NCBI GenBank assembly: GCA_008632985.1
Contig: QPGO01000136.1
Span: 62,001-126,000 of the forward strand
Source: Psammoneis japonica
Taxonomy: Eukaryota
DNA: 64,000 nt
Direction: 5' to 3'
A program made the position numbers and the translations under genes. This document shows positions 58,831 through 64,000 of this stretch, in pieces; the first letter of the stretch is position 1; each line of letters starts with the position of its first letter. The notes below the pieces were generated by a model that was given only the letters and a program-made list of their open reading frames with translations, was not told where the DNA came from and ran no database searches.

Positions 58831-61639
58831 TGACCGTATGTGCGACTACAGTCTGAGGTCAATCAGAATTAGTTGAAAGGTTGCCTCGACAGTTATCATG
58901 AAGATTAGGGCCTGCGATGGCATGAGCGCCTACTTGCGCATTAGACGTTGCTTTTGCTTGCTGCGTTCCTCTGTCATCCGATGTGTTGTGCTGGCCACTG
59001 TCTTGAGCGCCAACGACGGAACTGTGGTGGAGTGAGCGATGACATAGTTAAAGAACTTTCATTTTGAGGACCCCGTGAGCGTGGCGTTGATCTACTAGCC
59101 TTCTTCTTCTCTGCTACTTTCAAAGCTTCTGTGTCGGTCTTGTCGTTCGTTGCTACATTGACAGCGTGCAGAGCATTTGCCGTGGCACATTTCCCTCGGA
59201 GATACGTCATCATATTTACCCACACGATCCCATGCCTCAGCGGTGTCTGAGTTTGTGCCTTTGTTCATGGCAACAACTTCAAAGCAAAGGGTGTTACAAT
59301 TCTGAGCAGAAGGCACATGTGGAAGTTTAATGCAGACACCAACGTACATGTGCGACCGAAAGTTACATTCGCATTTTTAAGTTGTTGGAAGCACCGGTGG
59401 AGGCGAATGCCTCCTGCATGATGTCCCCTGATTTCCACCTGCCCGTGTGCATGGCAACCCAACAAACATCACATGCAGGGCTTCAGTGCTGGACAAGCTT
59501 CTGATGTGTGTTTGAAACAAGAGAGCTTTGTGTGAGACACTTCTTTCCAGGCTGTTGTTCTTTTCACCTGAGCAGAGCTCATCTTGCTCCTTGTTCTTGT
59601 CAGCCAGTGCACTCATGGAAGAGGTGTTTTGTGCCTGTTTCTTGAGAGAGTGCATTGGAAGAACAGCAACTGTGATTGCTGACACCCATGCTCACAAAAG
59701 AGCTGCTGCCCCATCTTGCAGTTGTTGGGTTGGCCAACTCTGCTGGGCACAGAGCAAATTGCCACACACAGGGAGAAAAAGTGTGCAAAAAAGCTTTTCT
59801 TTTATTTCTGGGAGGTCATCCTTTGGGTGCATTGCTGAAAAAATGAGGTCTCTCATGCAGACAACCTTTTGTCCTCATCAGAGACAATCTGACATCACTG
59901 GCTCTCACAGTGTTTGACCTCACTCTCTTTTCCAAAATGCAGCTGCATCATGGTTGCCTCCCACCAGTCAAACACACAGCACTTTTTTTCTGTTTCTGAG
60001 GATCTGCCCCCTGTTTGCACTCCAACAGCAGCATCAGGGAGGCTCAGGCCACTTGCAACGGCTTTGGCAAACAACTCCTTCAGTGCCTCTTTTTTCTGCC
60101 TCTTGTGCAATGCTCTCAAGAGAGCTTTTTGTGTGCAAGACCAAGATTTTTTCCCTCCTCAAGCCCTTGTGCTTTGCCCCCAGGCAGAGATCTTCTTGCT
60201 TGTCAGCTGGCACACTCATTGAATGTGTTTTGTGCCCATTCATTTGAGTGTGTGTGGATGAGCCTTTGGCGCTGTCTCCGGACTTTCTTGCAGAGTTAGC
60301 TGCTGACACCCATGCACTTCTTGCACAGAGAAAAGAGCTGTCTTCCAGCTGCTTGGTTGGCCAGCTGTTCAAAGCACTTTCTTTTTTCATGAGAAACATT
60401 TTTTGAGATTCTGGAGGCCTTTAATTGCTCTTGTCTTCTGGGGTGCTTTTTTGCTTTTCTTCTTTTTTTGCCAGACTTCTTTGCACTGCCAGCTGTGCCA
60501 CCTGAGAACTGTGTCATGTTTGAGCTCACAGATGATGAGCTCAAGCCAGCAATTTCTGCCACACTGCACATGTCTCAAGTGTTTGACAATTGCAAACTGA
60601 GTGTGTGGGTGAGACTGCCTTGCAAGCTTCAAGAAAGGAGTCTTTGCAGTGCCGCACTGCAAAAAGGAGGAGCCACCCCCCTTTTTTGACTGCAGAGGGT
60701 TTCTCCTTTTCTGCTCACTCAAAAAGCTGCTCTCTTGCCACAGGCTTGATGATCAACAAACACACCAAAAAAAGTTTGAGAATGCAAACAAACACCCGCT
60801 GCCTTTTTGCACATGTGGGCAGTCATCCTCTGCTGGCGGCACTGTGAAGTGTGGTGCTGGTGCCCCATGCCGGCGCACACAGGTTTGCCTGAATGTCCTC
60901 AGACAAGAAAAGACAAGGAAACAAGATGTGAGGAAAAATTTGTTGTGGCAATTTGCTGCACAGCTGCAGCTGTCCTGGTCCTTTGATCCACCAGCAGCTG
61001 ACTTGTCCAGAGCCCATCCACCAAAATGCCTTTTTAAACACTGTGTTCAATGAGCAAGACAGGCACCGTTGGGGACCATGTTCTCAGCATGATTGCTCCA
61101 CCTCATCTTGCTTTGTGCCATCATGTTTTGCTCCTCACCAAGATGTTGCTGTGGCACATGCAAGCAATGGCTTCAACAACTTTGCAGCCCATTTTCCTGT
61201 GGCAAAAATTGCACATCTCTTTCACACATTTTCAAGTCTCCTCCCCAATTGTTTTTCCATTGATGGCAAAGCGTTAAACACCGCTGGGCACAGGGGCACA
61301 TGAAATGCACAAGGGAAAATTGATTGGAAGTGGCATTCCAAGGCTTCTGCACACATGAGAAATGAGTTTGTCACAGTCGGGGGCCACAAATCAATCGCCG
61401 GCACGCTGTTTTCACGCGCAAAACACGGCATTTTATGTGGCACTGTGTGGAATCAGCACCAGTTTCACTGCAGAAAGAAATGCCATGTGTGGCATTGTGG
61501 CACTTGTGTGGATGATCACTGCCAGCTGGTGGAGAGTGGCGAGTGCAAATGAAAGCAGCACAATCCGCGTGCGATGTTGATGACTCTTTTTTCCTCGTCT
61601 TCTCCCTGTCATCATAAAAACAATTGTTTCAACAGCGAA

Positions 61640-63150
61640 TGATGTCAACTCGCCGTCGCCCCAACCCTTTTGACTTCAAGTCAATTGCACTTGAAACTGT
61701 CTCCCTTGTTGGAATGTTTGGACAAGATGAGCTCCTTGGGGACAGAGCTTCTCTTACGGATTTGAGAGCAATTGGTGAAAAGGCCGCCTTTTTGCCCAGA
61801 ACGGTGTTTGTTTGGACCGAAATGCAGACTGTGTTTTCGGAATTGTTGAAAAAAGATGCTGGCAAAAAGCGCGCACTCATTGGCAGCCCCGGAGTTGGAA
61901 AATCCACGGCATTTTTCTTGGCAGCCCTGCACATTGCAGCAGTGAAAAGAAAACAGGTTGTCTGCATTCGCTGGGCTGCCGAAGAGCAACCCCCACAGTT
62001 TTCCTGATCTGCCCAGGACAACATGATGGTGCTGTTTGCATGGGATCACTCTCCTTCACGAGGTTGCGCTTCTCCCTCAAGGACATTGCGTGGGCCGCAC
62101 TGGATTTCGGCTGTGAAACAAACAATGAAAGCCAGCAGCACTTCCTCGATGGGCCCAAGGAAGTGCAAGCAAAAGAACTCGTCAATCTTGACTGCCATTT
62201 GTGCATGTCAGGAGGATGCAGTGCTCTGTCCAATGCTGAATGGATGATCACCCACATTGCCGTCATGAGTGGATCGACTGAGTGTGATCTCATGGCAGCC
62301 TCAGCTAATGTGAAGAATGTCAATTCGAACGAAGCAAAGAAAGTGTGCGCTGAGTGTGGAGGGCGAATGCGTCTGGCACTTGATCATTCAAATGATGAGG
62401 CGGCAATGATTTCTTGGGCTGATGGCATTGTTGCGGATCTGTCAGAGAGTGCATGTGCTTTGGCAATGATGGAGTCAGAGTCTCGAACATCTTTTGACAG
62501 CAAAGACAGATTGCGGACCATGTTCAGGAGAAGCAGTGGGCGACCTCTTCAACTCGTGGATTCACAGCATTTGCTTTCAAAGCTTCGAGACCGCTTGACT
62601 TTTTGTGACTTGCAAAAAGCTTGTGGAGTTGCCGAGGCACTGGATTCTCGTACGATGATGGGAGTCCTTTTTGAGGAAATCATGCACAACTGGTTTCAAC
62701 GAGTCAAGCCGACCCCGGCATCCAGGGTTTTGCATTCCCCTGGGGGGGAGACAGGAAAAGCTGGTGCCGCAGACCTGTCCAAAGAGCTGGCCTGCTGGAG
62801 TCCAAGTGTGCCAAACTTTGCCAATGTTGGTGCTGCGTTTGTGGACAAAGCAACCGTTCTGCATTTTTTTTGTGCCCAGTGTGCCACAAGTGACTCTCAC
62901 GAGTTCAACGCCTTGACGTTTGACACGGATTTCATCCTCGAACTGAAAAAGAGCTTCGTCAAAGGATTCCAAGAGATTGTGGTGTGTTTCACAGTTCCAT
63001 CTGGGGTGATCTTTGACGTTGAGGCACATGACGCTTTTGAGTGTGACAACGACTCAACAACCTGTCGGTTTGAGGTTGTTCATTTGAAATTCAGCAATGA
63101 CAACAAAATTGGTGCATTGGCCAGCGCCTTTCCCTTCTTGTCACAGGAAA
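61640..63150 (+). pseudogene. Hypermutated Crinkler/RHS-type P-loop NTPase + REase-like effector gene
   Basis: Walker A LIGSPGVGKS, FLDG, GG..R.A and G.LFEE.MH. C-terminal CWSPSVPNFANVGAAFV...Q.....H.F resembles CR-REase 'YW.P..PNF..ID'. Frameshift near 62000. No Tyr in the 471-aa ORF. Confidence 0.65.
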
Positions 63151-63419
63151 AATTCTTGGGTTGCAGAGGTGCGCACGCTGCAGGCCGTGATTGTGAATGT
63201 GCCCACAGATCTGATTGCACCAAATGAATGTGATGATGAAGAACAGATGGCAGCTGTCCGACGCACTGACAGAAAGGCGATGGAAGGATGCAGGCTGTGC
63301 TGGACTGGGGACTGAGTGAGACATGGGACTGTCTTCCAATGCCCTCCCTCGAGATGGAGCCAGTTGATTCACAATGATGTGAAAAAACTTGCAAGATCTT
63401 GCAAACCTTGGAAGAAAGT

Positions 63420-64000
63420 GCAATGGAGCACATTCCGTCAAGATTCTGAGCTCCTGCCACAAGAACATTGCCATCGTCAGACAAACTCAAGTGACCATCA
63501 CCAAGGTCACTGGAACTGCCTCGCCTGACAACATTCTGGCCATGCTGAACCCAGCTGCTTCCATCAAGTTCGCACACTCGGACAAATGCCTGAGTCTCAA
63601 CCGCCAGCATCTGATCCAATGGCTCCAACAGCTAAATGCAGACCTGTCAGCAGAAAGTTCTATGCTGGCACCATGCCAACTTTCGAAACTCTCTCTGTCC
63701 AGGTCTTGACCGCGCTGCTTCCAACTGTTGTTGTCAAAAGTCAAAAACTTTGACCCATCCAAAACCGTTGGCACCCCAAACGATTCCGACGGCGACTCTA
63801 CGTCCAGTGGAATCAAATGCAATGGATCGACATCAAGGGCAAACTCGCCCTCCAGGTCCTTACCAAGTTGGGTCCATTGGCTTCTAAAAGGGCAAATCCG
63901 AGCATGTCCGGCGTCCAACCTTCCCTGAGGATCGCCGAGGTGGGCAGTCATGGCCATGGCATGTCCGGTGCTAGACAAAGCCACGGCCCACCCAAATTCA
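63420..64000 (-). pseudogene. Hypermutated paralog of the FG-GAP-like gene at 57708-58830
   Basis: 63920-63997 aligns to 57739-57817 (ttccctgaggatc.ccgagg.gggc...aaagccacggccca.ccaaat). W.Q.G.D..G and LS.DG..L..GA blades. Confidence 0.8.

Larger units (their letters stand above)
59380..64000. other. TpA-depleted hypermutated block 4 (runs off the window)
   Basis: TA is nearly absent. CG is nearly absent at 59.5-61.2 kb but retained from ~61.3 kb. Confidence 0.88.

Noticed and set aside
61640..63227. Alternative genetic code or RNA editing explaining the Tyr-free ORF
   Set aside because: TA loss affects all frames and non-coding DNA alike, and neighbouring genes use Tyr normally. DNA-level mutation is sufficient.

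Overview
Eukaryotic nuclear DNA, most likely a diatom: bipartite plastid-type signal peptides, a signal-peptide-bearing proteasome beta6, GSIII, a CBA1-like gene and a CoDi-type copia remnant all point that way. About two thirds of the window is ordinary gene-dense sequence with about 20 genes. Several carry 1-nt frameshifts that are probably long-read assembly errors. The other third is four blocks (~10.2-18.8, 22.8-24.3, 39.5-45.5 and 59.4-64 kb) made of transposon remnants and duplicated gene fragments. In these blocks TpA is almost eliminated, and in the block cores CpG is too. Comparison with intact paralogs in the same window shows directional TA->TG/CA (A:T->G:C) as well as CG->TG/CA changes. 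The main candidate for a new system is therefore a repeat-associated, TpA-targeted hypermutation process that runs opposite in direction to fungal RIP. An unmutated MITE, a gradient across a tandem repeat and a context bias among surviving TAs help constrain it. All alignments and counts were done by eye.
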